Source of the DNA: Lytechinus pictus | Lineage: Eukaryota | Assembly (NCBI RefSeq): GCF_037042905.1 | Contig: NC_087250.1 | Location: 12,960,001-13,024,000, forward strand | DNA length: 64,000 bases | Direction: 5' to 3' | Shown: positions 11,426 to 24,520 of the stretch, in pieces | Position numbering within the stretch: position 1 is the first letter of the stretch | Layout of the letters: each line of letters begins with the position of its first letter | Notes under the pieces: generated by a model | Database searches by the model: none | What the model was told of the DNA's origin: nothing | Seen by the model: only the letters and a program-made list of their open reading frames with translations | Program-made: the position numbers and the translations under genes

Positions 11426-14400
11426 ATGATGTTTTCCTCGCTAAATAAAGTCACTGCGTTTGTCGCCATCATCGGCCTCTTTGCTGTGGGTAAGTCTGCG
11501 TTACCATTACAAGATTTTGTTTTATTATTCAAACATTCTTAGAAATTTTAAAACCTTTTGTTCTCGTATATGGAACCGTTTAAAATTCTTCAAAGAAGCA
11601 GAGAGGAGCTGTACTAAACATTTTTTTTTTGGGGGGGGGGTGTTCTACAAGGTTCTCGATACAACATACTGGGTTCTTGATGATGTAAACATCGTCATCG
11701 CTTTTCATCATACATGACTATCTATATTTTTATTTCACACCTGTGTTTTTATTTTGTTTTCTTCTTCTTCATCTTTCAGGTTAGCATATCAGTCATTATT
11801 CCATCCATTCTGTTCACTTAATATGATTATGTTAATGTATGTTTTGGTTGTCATATTCTCAAGCCTATTTCCGCAAGTGATTTTATGTTTGATGAAGTAT
11901 TTTTTCTGATTTATTGTAAAAAAAAAAAATCGTTGTTATATTTGTGTTACCATATTATTATGCAAAAGAAGACTGATAGATCAAATCAAATCGTATCCCC
12001 CGTCATACCATGATGTATATGCTCTAAACCAATGTATGTTTTATCCACAATTTTATCTGCCTTCTTCGTTCCAGGTCGTTGTGACGTCATATTCGAAGGG
12101 TTTGAACAGTTGGGTGAATTCAAGGTACGGGACTATAGTTGCAATGGCCTGGCACCATCCAACCCAAAGGAAATAGACACTAAATTTTGGTTGTATAACC
12201 TTAACACTGACCCAGCGGGCGAGGTAATGTGTATTCTGTTATTTTGTACCAAAAGATGAAGGTTCCGAGGAGATTTCCATTAATTATAATCAGTGTTCCG
12301 ATTTCTCAATTTGCAAAATAAATTAGAAGAAAGCGGGGGGGGGGGGGGGGCTTTTTTAATGAATAGGGGGCATTTCATGGTATTTCTTCTATAAGACTCA
12401 TTCAGATGAAGCCACGGTACATGAGCGAAGCTATAGTATATCCATTTTTTTTTAAACAAGTGCACACCTAGTTACCAATAATGCATATCGCATATAGCAT
12501 TTCCATTTATTTGAAAGCAGGATAAAAGAGCAGATTCAATGCCTTGCTCAAGGGCATAGGTGCCGCGGCCGGGATTGAACCCCGGACTTTCCATGTATAG
12601 CCAGGCGCCTTAGACTACTCGGCCACGGCACCTCCATAAGTTCGTTGTATGAAACGATATGCAATATGCAAAAGCTAAGAGTGGGGAGGGAGTAATTTCA
12701 GATTGTACTCCAAAATGGAACCAAATGCAGAATAGGAAATCGTATCGTGATGCAATTTTATCAAAATTCAATGCAGATGGTTGACTGGATTGGCAATGAG
12801 CCCATATCGCCAAACTACGATCCCAATTTGAAGACGGTGTTCGCATGTCACGGATGGCGAGACAGTTACCAGAAAGACCAATGGCAGGGCATGAAGGATG
12901 CACTTCTACAGAGGGTAAGTTAGAATATCTACATGTACATTAAATTTGTAATGCAATGTTGGGCAAGCAAAAAGGATTAAAGATAGCAAATATTGTGTAA
13001 AATGAAAGTAATCCGGGATTGAAATTCACCGTGATGATCAGGGGGGGCGTTTCATGAAAGGACTTGTCGGACGTTTTATCCGACAAGTACCATTTTATCC
13101 GACAGTTACCATAGTAACAGTACCTCTCAGCCAATCAACATCAGAGAAAGATGTCAGATCTGACAACTTGTCGGATGAAAATGTTGATGAAACACTCCCC
13201 AGGGCTACAACATATATATTAAAGTAAAACGCTGTCTAAATTTTAATACAATGCTGTATGAACAATACCGTATGCATTTAATAGTTGTTTAACGGTTTAA
13301 ACAACCATAGACTATTAAAACTTAAATATTAAAACCTAAATTTTGTTGTTTAAAGTTTGAATTCCACTTGTTAAACGGTTATTGTACGGACAAGTATACA
13401 GATATAGGCCGAATAAAAATTATACTAATGATTATGTCGCCAGGAGCCAGTGAACGTTATCTTAGTGGATTGGAGGGGAGGCTCTTCAAGTCTACTATAC
13501 AATAAATGTCGAGATAACACTAGAGTTGTCGGCAGGGAAATTTCTGCGTTGATCAAGCGATTCGTCAACGAAGCTGGCGCCAATTTAGACAACATTCATG
13601 TCGTTGGCCACAGTCTGGGAGCGCACATCGCAGGTTACGCTGGTGAGGATCTCGCCAAAGCTAACATGATACTGGGAAGAATAACAGGTGCAGTACCAAG
13701 AAATATATATATGCTATAAATTGTTTAGATTGAAATAGATTTGTGATCAGTCCAAAGTTGGACTGAAGCTTTCATGTTAATAGATCGAATTCAATCTTAT
13801 TCAATTGATTTTTTTTGTTAGTAACTATAGATAAACCACTATTGTTTCTTAAGAGATTTCGTGAATTTTACGTTATGATGATTACGATATCCGTGAAACG
13901 TGACATGCTCTTATCCAGAAACTTGCGTTTTCATTAATACCCTCAAGCTACATGGGTGAATTGCCTTTCTACTCATTTTTGCCTATATAGAGACCAACGC
14001 TAAAACACTATAACCACGACCATTGTAATCAATGTTATAGAATTGCGTCCGTATTTCATATTTTTCTTCAATGTCTGCTACACATAGAACTGTACAGGAC
14101 GTGCAAAAAAAATGTTAATAAATTTTAGAAGTAAACTCTTATTTCCTTTATTTAAATTTCACTTTAACTTTTGCTTGACTCCTTATATTTTGTATTACAT
14201 ATTTATAAGTAGACATGAGTTGTTTCTCTTTTTGACGAAATACTATTTTGTTTTTGTTTATCTGCTTATATTTCTTGTATTGTATATTTGTTTTGTATTA
14301 TTTTGTACTTCTTGTTTTGAACAAAATATTGGCGAATGCCAGTGACGTTCTAATAAATTCAATTCAATTCATGTCGAGAATGAAATAATGCGACTTGAAT

Positions 14401-15857
14401 AAAAGTGAATAGGCCTAGAATATCAAACGAATGGGTACAAATACATTTTTCTTCTTGTAATTAGGATTAGATCCTGCTGGTCCTCTGTTCGAGAATGAGG
14501 AAGCTCCATGTAGGCTGAGTAAAGACGATGCTGGGTTTGTGGATGTGATACACACCGACGGTGACAAAATTATTCTTGGAGGCGCCGGATTGATGCAAGA
14601 GGTAACATCATACAACAATGAACTTAGTGGTGAAATTGTAGTTGGTCACTAAATGTCATATGCCTTGCAACGTTTACTCACTTAATCAGGTCGCGGCGCG
14701 GCTATCACATTTTGAGTAGCCTACTTTTGTGGAAACGCGTTCGCGTTTTACGCACCGTGACGAGATTACGTGAGTAAACGTTGCAAGCCTTGTCAAAGTC
14801 TTTTTTATTTTATTTTTTTTTTTACCGAAAAGTGCTACCGGAAAGTGGTAAAAGGCCGTAACCAGTTGTGAATATTTTTGCCAGTCCCGAAGAGGTTTTC
14901 CACGTAAAACTCAATTCATTCACAAATTTTCAATGTATCATTTGTCTAAATTAACAGTACAATAATGCCATCGTGATAAGCTTAGTCCAGACGCTGGCCC
15001 TTCGATAATTTTCCCTACACTCACTGCGCTCCATCTACTGAACGCATTTCTTCCTCACTGCACTTACCATGCATCCTTACCCACCGTGATCGCGCGATCC
15101 CCAAATTTACACCAGGCGGGCCAGCATCTGGACTAGATCAGATTTGGTCCATCACTTAGGACCGGACATGATGACTCATGCCCCCCCCCCCCCTCATGAA
15201 AAGGAGATCGTGGGTTGGATCCACGACGCGATCGAAGCATATCAAAGACTTTAAATATGGGACCTTCTGCCTTCTTGCTAGGCGCTCAGCATTTACAATG
15301 GAGAATAATTACATGCTATGTTATGCAAGGCCCACTGCAGGGAAGAACAGCTTGAAGTTGAAGTGGCTACCCTTGCATGCCTGGGTAAATAAGAGTTTTT
15401 ATTATCATTAAACAATTTTTTTTTGCAAAAAAAAAAACCCAACCTGCTGCGGCTATGGATTTTAACTACATGGATTCTTTGATCATATTACTGGTTTTGT
15501 TTCTTCTACAAAGTTTTTATATATTTCAAATAAGAAACATTTATAGAATGTAATTTGGAAATGTATATCGATCCTTCTTTAAAAAATTTGCAGTGCGGGC
15601 ACCATGACTGGTATCCCTTCGGCGGGAAGGACCAACCAGGATGCCCAACTTTTGACGTCGCTTGCGACCACTCGAAAGCCGTCGAATATTTCATTGACAG
15701 CGTGAAAGGCGTCAAAACCTTCCTGGGCGAAAAATTTGCCAATACCGTCAATGATTTGCTCAACCGTCCAGCCAAGTGCTTCATCGATGGGAATTGCCCG
15801 GAAATGGGTTACCCTGATCACGACGACGCCGCCATCGAGGGCCACGACTTCATGTAA
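11426..15857 (+). CDS. Secreted pancreatic-lipase-family enzyme (PNLIPRP/PLA1-like), about 331 aa; exons 11426-11489, 12075-12223, 12777-12914, 13444-13687, 14465-14601, 15594-15857
   Basis: All six exons have AG/GT boundaries and compatible phases (996 nt in total). Motifs: signal peptide [22 protein letters not shown], oxyanion CHGW, NVILVDW, nucleophile GHSLG, ITGLDPAGP (catalytic Asp), [33 protein letters not shown] (catalytic His). Confidence 0.93.
12517..12634 (-). mobile_element. tRNA-derived SINE, 5' part, in a lipase intron
   Basis: The minus strand reads GAGGTGCCGTGGCCGAGTAGTCTAAGG (A box) ... GGTTCAATCCC (B box) ... GCCCTTGAGCAAGGCA. Confidence 0.7.
13042..13199. mobile_element. 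PIF/Harbinger-type MITE with CAG TSD; near-identical copy at about 26672-26828
   Basis: GGGGGCGTTTCATGAAAG..GATGAAACACTCCC is flanked by CAG on both sides. The second copy matches over its length. Confidence 0.75.
15205..15410 (+). mobile_element. Degenerate SINE; 3' tail related to 39967-40100
   Basis: Both loci share GGCCC..GGGA(A)GAACAG..GAAG(T/C)GGCT..CCTGGGTAAATA followed by (ATT)n-like tails. Confidence 0.5.
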
Positions 15858-18851
15858 AGGTCACACGAGACTCCTTGATGTTGGAATGATGAGTTTCAGA
15901 ACTTGATGGAACCTCGCGGATATAAATTAGGCCTATGTAAAATTGCTTTTCATCAGATGACATTAGAAAATCACCCACTTCGTTTAAATTGGATAAGGAT
16001 GTCATAATCACATCATTAATATTTTGCTTCTTCATCAAGTGTTGCGATCATCGCGAAAACATCTTGCAGGGGTGTTAAATACATTTTTGGTGTTCTAGGG
16101 GACCACATCAAGTATTTTACACCATTGTTTGATTTATGGTTTTAGTTAACACCAATTTGGCTGGTTATTCTGTTTTCCATTTTAACACTGATTTATGTTC
16201 ATGTTAAAACTTCATGATATATTTTGGCTCATTATGAGGTATCTGATTTATCAGAAAAATACATGTATTTACCTTTCTTTAATGACCTTTGGGGACCATA
16301 TGGATTTCAAGCGCACTCGCACAGCTAATTTTCTTTCATCGATCATTATAAATCCCTTAAATAAAGACGTCTATCCCAAACAGACTATAAATCACTGGGC
16401 TATGAACATTGAAAATTGTAAAATATAAGTCACGTATTTTGATGAATAAAGAGATAAATTGATTTTCTCCTCCATATTGTTCTATCCTGTTGCAATTATT
16501 GACTTTGCTCCGACTTTGATAATGTGTATACGTGAGTGCCAAATATATCATTTCATTTACTTTATTTCTGACATGAAGTGAGGCTTTAAGGACTTTCTGG
16601 TACATGATTTGAGAAAATCGGGTAGTATCCATAGCACTCTTATACAAAAATTACAACCACATAAGATTGATTCAGAACATAATATGCCAAACCCATCCGA
16701 ACCCTTACGTAATATTCTATACACAACAAAAAAAGTAAGTCCCCCCTTAATCGAATTGCTGTAACTTTTGAACGGAAATATTTTGAGATATGATATTTCG
16801 TAAGTGGTTTTCTACACTCATTAAGCAACTCCTTGGGAAAATGAAATTGATCGGTTGAGTCACGCATGAGTAATTAAATATTGAATTAAAAATGACAATT
16901 TTTGAAAGTCACAAGAGTCGTTTTTCAGATTGTGTAAATACAAAGTTGGGCAAACATTTTTTTTAGGTGAAATTTATGGTGTTAATGCTGTTTAACTATC
17001 CATCATTTAGCCACTCCACACACAATTTTCATATCGTATGTTTATGGTCGAGTGAGCACAATGTATTGTGACGATAGGGGTTTATGGTAGTATCCTCTAC
17101 AACTTGTAAGAACATGTTAAAATTTGAAAATGTTGGTGGCTTCCCCGATTATAGGCCCCTCCCCCCATTCTAAAATTCTGGATCCACCACTGATTTGTCC
17201 ATAAATTCAACTGATCCCGAGAAATTGTTCGGAAAATAATACATTTATGCAGTATAAAGAGTATTCATTCCCAAGTTTTCGAATGTGCTCGCTCAACCAT
17301 GAAAATGTCAAAATTTCGGAAAGTGTGTGGTGATAGAAATGATGGATGATAAAAACAACAGCGATTAAGTCACATTTGAAACCGAATTTGCCCCCAATAT
17401 TTACTTTATTACCCTTTAAAATGAGTCTGTGACATTGAAAATAACCCTTTTCCCACTTTGATGCGTGCTCACTCATCCATAAATAAACATATCGATTTCA
17501 TTTTTGCGCAGAATTCTGCCCATAGGTTGATAAACATTACTGCCAAATGACATTGCTAAAGACAGCCTTGAAAAAAAGTTCCACCACATTGAATAAGGGG
17601 TTCCTTATTCTTAAACATATGCACCCATCATGAACACAATGTCTATGAGAGAGGAAGTCCAAATTTTAACAAATGTGATATGAGGGTTTGTTTCATGGAC
17701 GGTTTTTGTTACTTCTGCCAACAGTTATTTCATGAAACTTCGCACATGGCTTCAGAGTAACACTATCCAAAAGGTGCGCACACCAAAATAACCATTCGAT
17801 ACGGCACACAGTGGGGCCAAGGCCTTGAACTTTCTTCTCATTTGCATAATTTTCGAATATTGTCTGCTCACTGATGTATTAGACATCGGGAATTTCATAA
17901 AAATCAAATCAAATGAACTATGCAAGGATGTTTGTGACAGATATCCATGGTTAGCAATTGCATTTTTTCCAATAACGTAAAAAAGAGCTAATCACATTCC
18001 ACATGTTCATTCAAGCGTGAATATTTATTTAAACGCGTTTGAATCATTGAAGCATGTTAACTGGTCATGAACATCACGAAAAAGTTGAGAAAAGATCATT
18101 TTCAGTTACCAAAATTAAACAATACTTACCTATGGTATTTGAAAATCGTATTTTTGTTTTCAATAAATGTTCCTTGAACCGTGAAATTATGAATATTGTT
18201 GAATACTCTTCCCAAAAATAATTGTCATCGTATTCGATCATTTTTATCGATAGAAATGTGTGAAAAATCAATCTATAGCAAATTTGGACTTGTGTTTATT
18301 CAACCGTGAAATTTAGCCAAATAAGTTTTATCGTCTTTTAGAAAGTACCTTTTACAAGCCTTCTGACTATTTTTCATGATGAGAATGTGGACTTCGTTCC
18401 AAAGAAGTGGAATCAAAGTCATGATATTTGGCTTGTGACTTTTGAAAAGTGACATTTTTGCCTTCTGGCGGTGCTCACTGAAGCATGACGTAAAATACGT
18501 CCATAACATTTACTCAGAGGGTAGCTTATAAAATTACCTACACGCTCATGTAAAAATATATTAAAAACTCGCATTGGTTCGAAAATTATTGATGTTTGTT
18601 TAAGGGGGGACTTACTTTTTTTGTTGTGTATATTTTGCGAGAGAGGGGAGAAAAATAGAAAGGGAAGAGAAGGAAAGAGAATAGTGAGGGAGAGAGAAAG
18701 GGATGGAAAGGGAGCGGGAAAGTAAAGGAAGAAATGCAGAAAGATTCCAAAATTGAGACAATGTGAGATAGGAAGACAAAGATAAAGTGTGTATGTGTGG
18801 GTGCGTTTGTGTGAGAGAGAAATGATTCGCATTCAGAGATAGATAGAGAAT

Positions 18852-19881
18852 AACAAGTGGAACGCCTCTGGCAGTCTCGCCTGCATTACGCGATTTAATA
18901 TAGCAGCAGTGCTAACTTTGAAAACTACAATAAAATAATCATTCACAAAAACACCATTCATATAATGACATAATACCACGTTCATTGACCATAAATGACA
19001 TTTGAACGGTGACTTAAGACTTGTCAACTACACCCATGTCCACATTTCATTCACTCTATCCATAAACTTTCAAAGTTATAATGGCAATTCAACAATTACC
19101 CCAACATAGCCTAAGTTTATTGACCTTAACTGACCTTTGACCTTGGTTTTGTGACCTAAAACTCACAGGGGATGTTCAGTGATACTTGATTACTCTTATA
19201 TTCCAAGTTTTATGGACTAGATCTATAAACTTTCAGAGTTAGGATGGTAATTCAACAAGTACCCCCAACATGGCCAAAGTTCATTGACCTTTAATGACCT
19301 TTGACCATGGTCATGTGACCTGAAACTCGCACAGGATATTCAGTGGTACTTGATTAACCTAATGTCCAAGTTTCATGAACTAGATCCATAAATTTTCAAA
19401 GTTATGAAGGTAATTCAACAAATACCCCCAACTTGGCAAAAGTTCATTGACCCTAAATGACCTTTGACCTCGGTCATGTGACCTGAAACTCGAGCAGGAT
19501 GTTCACTAATACTTGATTAACCTTATGCCCAAGTTTCATGAACTAGGTTCATATACTTTCTAAGTTATGATGTCATTTAAAAAACTAACCTTCGGTTAAG
19601 ATTTTGAAAATAATTCTCCCAACATGGTCTAAGTTCATTGACCCTAAATGACCTTTGACCTTGGTCATGTGACCTGAAACTCAGGTAGGATGTTGAGTAA
19701 TACTTGAATATCCTTATGGCCAAGTTTCATGAACTAGGTCCATATACTTTCTAAGTTATGATGTCATTTCAAAAACTTAACCTTAGGTTAAGATTTGATG
19801 TTGACGCCGCCGCCGCCGCAGCCGTCGCCGTCGGAAAAGCGGCGCCTATAGTCTCATTCTGCTATGCAGGCGAGACAAAAA
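18852..19881. mobile_element. Helentron/DINE-like non-autonomous element with internal tandem repeats of about 160-190 bp
   Basis: Subterminal inverted repeat GTCTCGCCTGCAT (18874) / ATGCAGGCGAGAC (19864) followed by AAAAA; repeated TGACCTTTGACC..GTGACCTGAAACTC units; (GCC)n near the end. Confidence 0.6.
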
Positions 19882-21215
19882 TGGATTCGCAACGTGACGG
19901 CCATCTTTTTAAACGAATTTTATCAAAATTCACATAATGTTATGTTAATTCTGTGAGTTACTTAATGACATTGCAAGATGAATTCTTTTTATGAAAATTC
20001 TTTATATATCTTAAATATAATGTTTCGCATGATAAATAATTCTTTGGTAAAATGTTAGGTATATAGTATTATCAGTAAACATGGTGAATATTTCTTGGAA
20101 AGGGTCCTATGTATGTTCTTAATTTCAATTGATCACAAATCATCTTATTTGCTGTTTTTTGTGAAAAAATACCAAGATACTGTATCTTTTTTGTTCTAGA
20201 ATCTAATTTTCTCGAAATTGTCCAAAGTGTTATCATTTTGCAGGGAATTTAACTTCTTTTCTTGTGATATCAAATGCATTTCAATAAAATAGATAACCTT
20301 AAACCTGTAGGATTCTTTATGAATAATAATAGAAAATACAATCGAAAGGGGACCTTTTTAGAGGCCATCTTGCACTTGGCGTCTCTTAAATGAATTTTTC
20401 TTCCGGTTCACCTCGTGAATCGTGTTAATGATTTCAGATAAGAAGTAATTAACATGAATAAGCATGGTATTCAAATGTGCGCAGAGTGGTATTAAATCCC
20501 TCTTCCTATATGGTTGCCGTCCACTTATTAGGTACAAAAAATGCAAATATATTTTTCTGATTCAAATACCAGTGTATCGAATATGTCAGCTGTGCAAAGC
20601 CTTCACCCATAAGGGGTCTGAATGTACAGTCTACAATGAATTTTATACTGAGGACCCTTGAAAGGCAACATTTAAATATATGTCCACACCAGAGAAGTGT
20701 TAAACAACACCAGTTTCGTTTTGGTCTTACACTAGATAGGTGTTTATACAACACCAATTAGTATTAAAACAGCATCGGTTTGATTCCAAACTGGTGTTGT
20801 TTCAATACTTCTCTGGTGTGGACATATATACATGTAGATTCCGGGCTGGTGTTAAATCAACGCCGGAGTTTTTGCAGTGTAGTCTTTAGTGAAAACCAAA
20901 TTGTTAGTCAAACTTCCAATCAGGGACTGTGACTGCACACTAGTATCGAATCGTGAAGATCAGCCATTCAGGATTCAGAAAATAAAGAAGTTTTTGCCTT
21001 GCGACGCTCGTCGGATTCAAGAACACAGTAAATGTATTGAAAATGCACGTCAAAGTGACAATGAACAGCTGGAAGGTCTTTGTCGAAGATTGGTGAACCG
21101 GAACAGGAGATTCGTCCTAAGTTTTTGAGCTGACGAATACTTTTTGTTATACATTGTCATGGAGGGCATTGACAATATATTTTTTATGTTTGAATCTGTC
21201 GTGCGTCATGGAGCG

Positions 21216-21462
21216 CACTGCAAAAACACCGGTAAGTGTTAATTGAACACCGGCCCGGTATCTATATCGGAATACACCAGAAAAGTGTTGAAACAACACC
21301 ATTTTAAAATCAAACCGATATTTGTTTTAACACTCATTGGTGTTGCTTAAATTTCTATCTGGTGTTAGCCTAACGCCAAACCAGAGTTGTTTCAACACCT
21401 CTATGGTGTTTTCCGATATTGATACCAGGCTGGTGTAAATCAACACCGGCGTTTTTGCAGTG
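21216..21462. mobile_element. CACTG-terminal (CMC/EnSpm-like) MITE; partial sister copy at about 20680-20879
   Basis: CACTGCAAAAACACCGG / CCGGCGTTTTTGCAGTG with AACACC/GGTGTT subterminal repeats; no TSD is evident. Confidence 0.65.
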
Positions 21463-22601
21463 GAAAACCCCCCTATTAAGACCAGCGAACCCTATACTAC
21501 TGCAGACGGACAGAGACTGTTGCGTTATTTCCAATAAGTTAGATACCATTGGTTTTGTTGGAGTCCTTTTGTGACCGTCCTGTAGCACTACCGTTCGTCG
21601 TTCAACAGTTAAAATTGATATCTGAGATGACCTCGGCCTGCATCACGGGTGTTTGTCACAAGTTTCAATCCTGATGAGAAACCGACACGAAAAGAATAAA
21701 AGCAGAATAAACATGATCGTATTTACATCTACGTCGATGCACCCAAGGTTCATTAGTTTCACAGCTATGATTCAATATATGATAATATTTCTGAAATAAT
21801 AGCCGACATATTCAGGTTTTCGTGAGGTGATTAACTCTGCAGTATAGAAAGACCTATTCTAAAACAGACGTACTGGGAATTGGATATTCATGCTTGTCCA
21901 AAGAGGGCCCGTCTTTCAAAGAGCTGAGATAAATTCAAATTGTACGCAGCAAAAGATTGATTTAAAATTTCTAGAAAAGAAGATAATAAATTTGATGAAT
22001 CTTAACTTCAACCGATGAAACCATCTTTGTAAGAAAAAGTCACTGCTTAAAGATTTATACAGGACTTGACGTATACACAGGGATATACGAGAAGAAAGTT
22101 ATAGGCGTCTATATAGCTATAACTAATTTTCGGTTGTAATTGATCTTGAGGTGCCAGAAATATCACGACTAAAGAAATTCTGCCGGGAGGTCATTGCATG
22201 CGGTATGTGATGAGATTCATGCGATGGGATAGAGAAGGAAATAACGTGAAGGAATGGATACCAATAGTGTTCATCGTTTCTTGCTGTGGGTTCTTTGGAT
22301 TTTGGTTTCGACATCACTGGTCGACGGGCAGACAGAAGGTAAGTGTTATTCCGTATTCAGACTGTCCCCCGTCACCCGGGGGAAGGGGGAGAGAAATCTT
22401 ATCTCTTTACGACCAACCGTCCATACATATTGTAAGACTGCGAACTGCACTGCAAACTGTTTAATTTGTATAGGGTGATCGTTTACGGACTCCCTCTATG
22501 GCGCGTGCGATGAAGATGGGAGGCTGCGTGAAGGTGTATGTGCGAGGGTGTGTGTGTTTGGGGGGGGGGGGGGGGTCATATTCATGACAAAATGATACCT
22601 G

Positions 22602-22774
22602 GTGGGTGTTTCATAAAGCTGTTCGTAAGTTAAGAGCGACTTTAAGAACGACTGGTGATCCTTTCTTGTGGTAAATGGTATATTGAATTGGCGATGGTTA
22701 AGCGCGTGAAAAGGGTTCACCAGTCGTTCTTAAAGTCGCTCTTAACTTACGAACAGCTTTATGAAACGGCCCCC
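22602..22774. mobile_element. Palindromic Harbinger-type MITE
   Basis: GTTTCATAAAGCTGTTCGTAAGTTAAGAGCGACTTTAAGAACGACTGGTG is inverted at about 22719-22768. Confidence 0.75.
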
Positions 22775-24034
22775 GGATATAAATACATGTATGAATAAGA
22801 AAACAAAACATAATTAAATACATAACATGTACATGGATAGTGAGTCCTGGCCCGCCTAAGATATGCTGTCCTTATAATCTCAGCATGCTCGAGGTATCTG
22901 AACTCAAAGTCCTACGTATTTGATTCTAGATATGAACTAATGTTAGTCAATCATTCCTGGATCCTACCTAACCTACCTGAAAATGAATATCTCTTTTTGC
23001 TGTCTCAATTTCTCTGTTTTCTTGTCATTCTCTTTTTTTTTCCGGTTATTTCTTTTTGGCTTCTTTATAATTCTCCCCTTCTGGTTATCCTCCTCATCAT
23101 TTGCTCTTCCTCACTTTCCTAAATATGAGAAATTGTATGTACATATAAGCAGGACAGTCAACCAGTGTAAAGCTATGATATGACTTTGTCCACTCTTTGC
23201 TCTTTCATCTATGGTGAAATTAGGCTTGGTGATCCTAGTCTTTTTACTCCTCATCTCGTGGGCCAATGATACATTCCAACACTAATATCTTGCCCAAATT
23301 ATTGATTAATATATTTTTTGTTTACTTTTCCACCAAATTCGTTTTGAAATCGAAATCCATTTTTCTACTTAGCCAATATAGGACCTAAAAATGCTTGAAA
23401 TTTGTAATGTTGACATGGTTGAGATGTCTATTGTATACGGAAATCATAAATCAATTTGTTGATGTTTTCGTCAAAATTGAGGCACTTAAAGATTATTTTT
23501 GCATGTTCATAGTGCATGCTGTGTGATCATCAACACATCATTTTTTTTCCAGCAAACAAATTACATTATGAAAATGATACATGGTATATACTTTATCCCC
23601 GTCGCCTTATACGCTTACAACATGGAAAAGTCGTCCTCATTTCACTTCGCATAATTTCACAAGTTTGAACCTTACACTTTTGCAGTTATTTGGTAAATAA
23701 CCTAGGCGACCTTCTCAGATGTGACAGCCTGATTGTCTACTTTGCACTCGTTACCTAGTTGGTGTATGTATTGCAGTAGAGACGATTATCCGGGTGATAT
23801 GAAAAAAAAAATGATAATAAAGTTTCTTGATTACAATATAATTATGTTCTTTGACAGTTTGCAGATGAACGCTTTATTGGATGCTTCAGGGATAACGCAG
23901 GAGATCGGGTTTTACCGGTTCGTATTAGCCAGAAAATACTTAGGGCAAACAATTTCACAGTCAACAAATGCATTGATCAGTGCATTGTATTAAGCATGAC
24001 ATACGCCGGAGTGATTTACCAAGCTGAATGCTAC

Positions 24035-24520
24035 CGCATACATTCGTAATTCCGACGCTTCGTAATTCCGAAGGTTCGTATTTCCGAAGGTTCGTAATTC
24101 CGAAGGTTCGTAATTCCGAAGGATCGTTAATACGAAAACGAAATAAGGTTCGTAATTCCGAAGGTTCGTTAGTCCGAAATAGAATTGAGGTTCGTAATTC
24201 CGAAGATTCGTTAATCCGAAAACAAAATAAGGTTCGTTACGAAATTACGAACGTTCGGAACATCGAACTTTATTTTGTTTTCGGATTAAAGCACCTTCGG
24301 AACAACGAACCTTATTTCTTTTTCGGATTAACGAACCTTCGAAACAACGAATCTTATTTTGTTTTCGGATTATCGAACCTTCGGAATAACGAACCGTCGG
24401 AATAACGCCACAAATGTTCGGATTAACGAACCCTTTTTCGTTTTCGGATTAACGAACATCGAGGTATAGGCAATTTACGTGGTTCGGAATTACGAATTTT
24501 CGGAAATACGAAGTGTAACC
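24035..24520. mobile_element. 486-bp MITE (Merlin-like, 8-bp TSD) inside the WSC exon
   Basis: Perfect TSD AATGCTAC (24027-24034, 24521-24528); inverted arrays of TTCGTAATTCCGAAGG; right end ..AAGTGTAACC. Confidence 0.88.
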
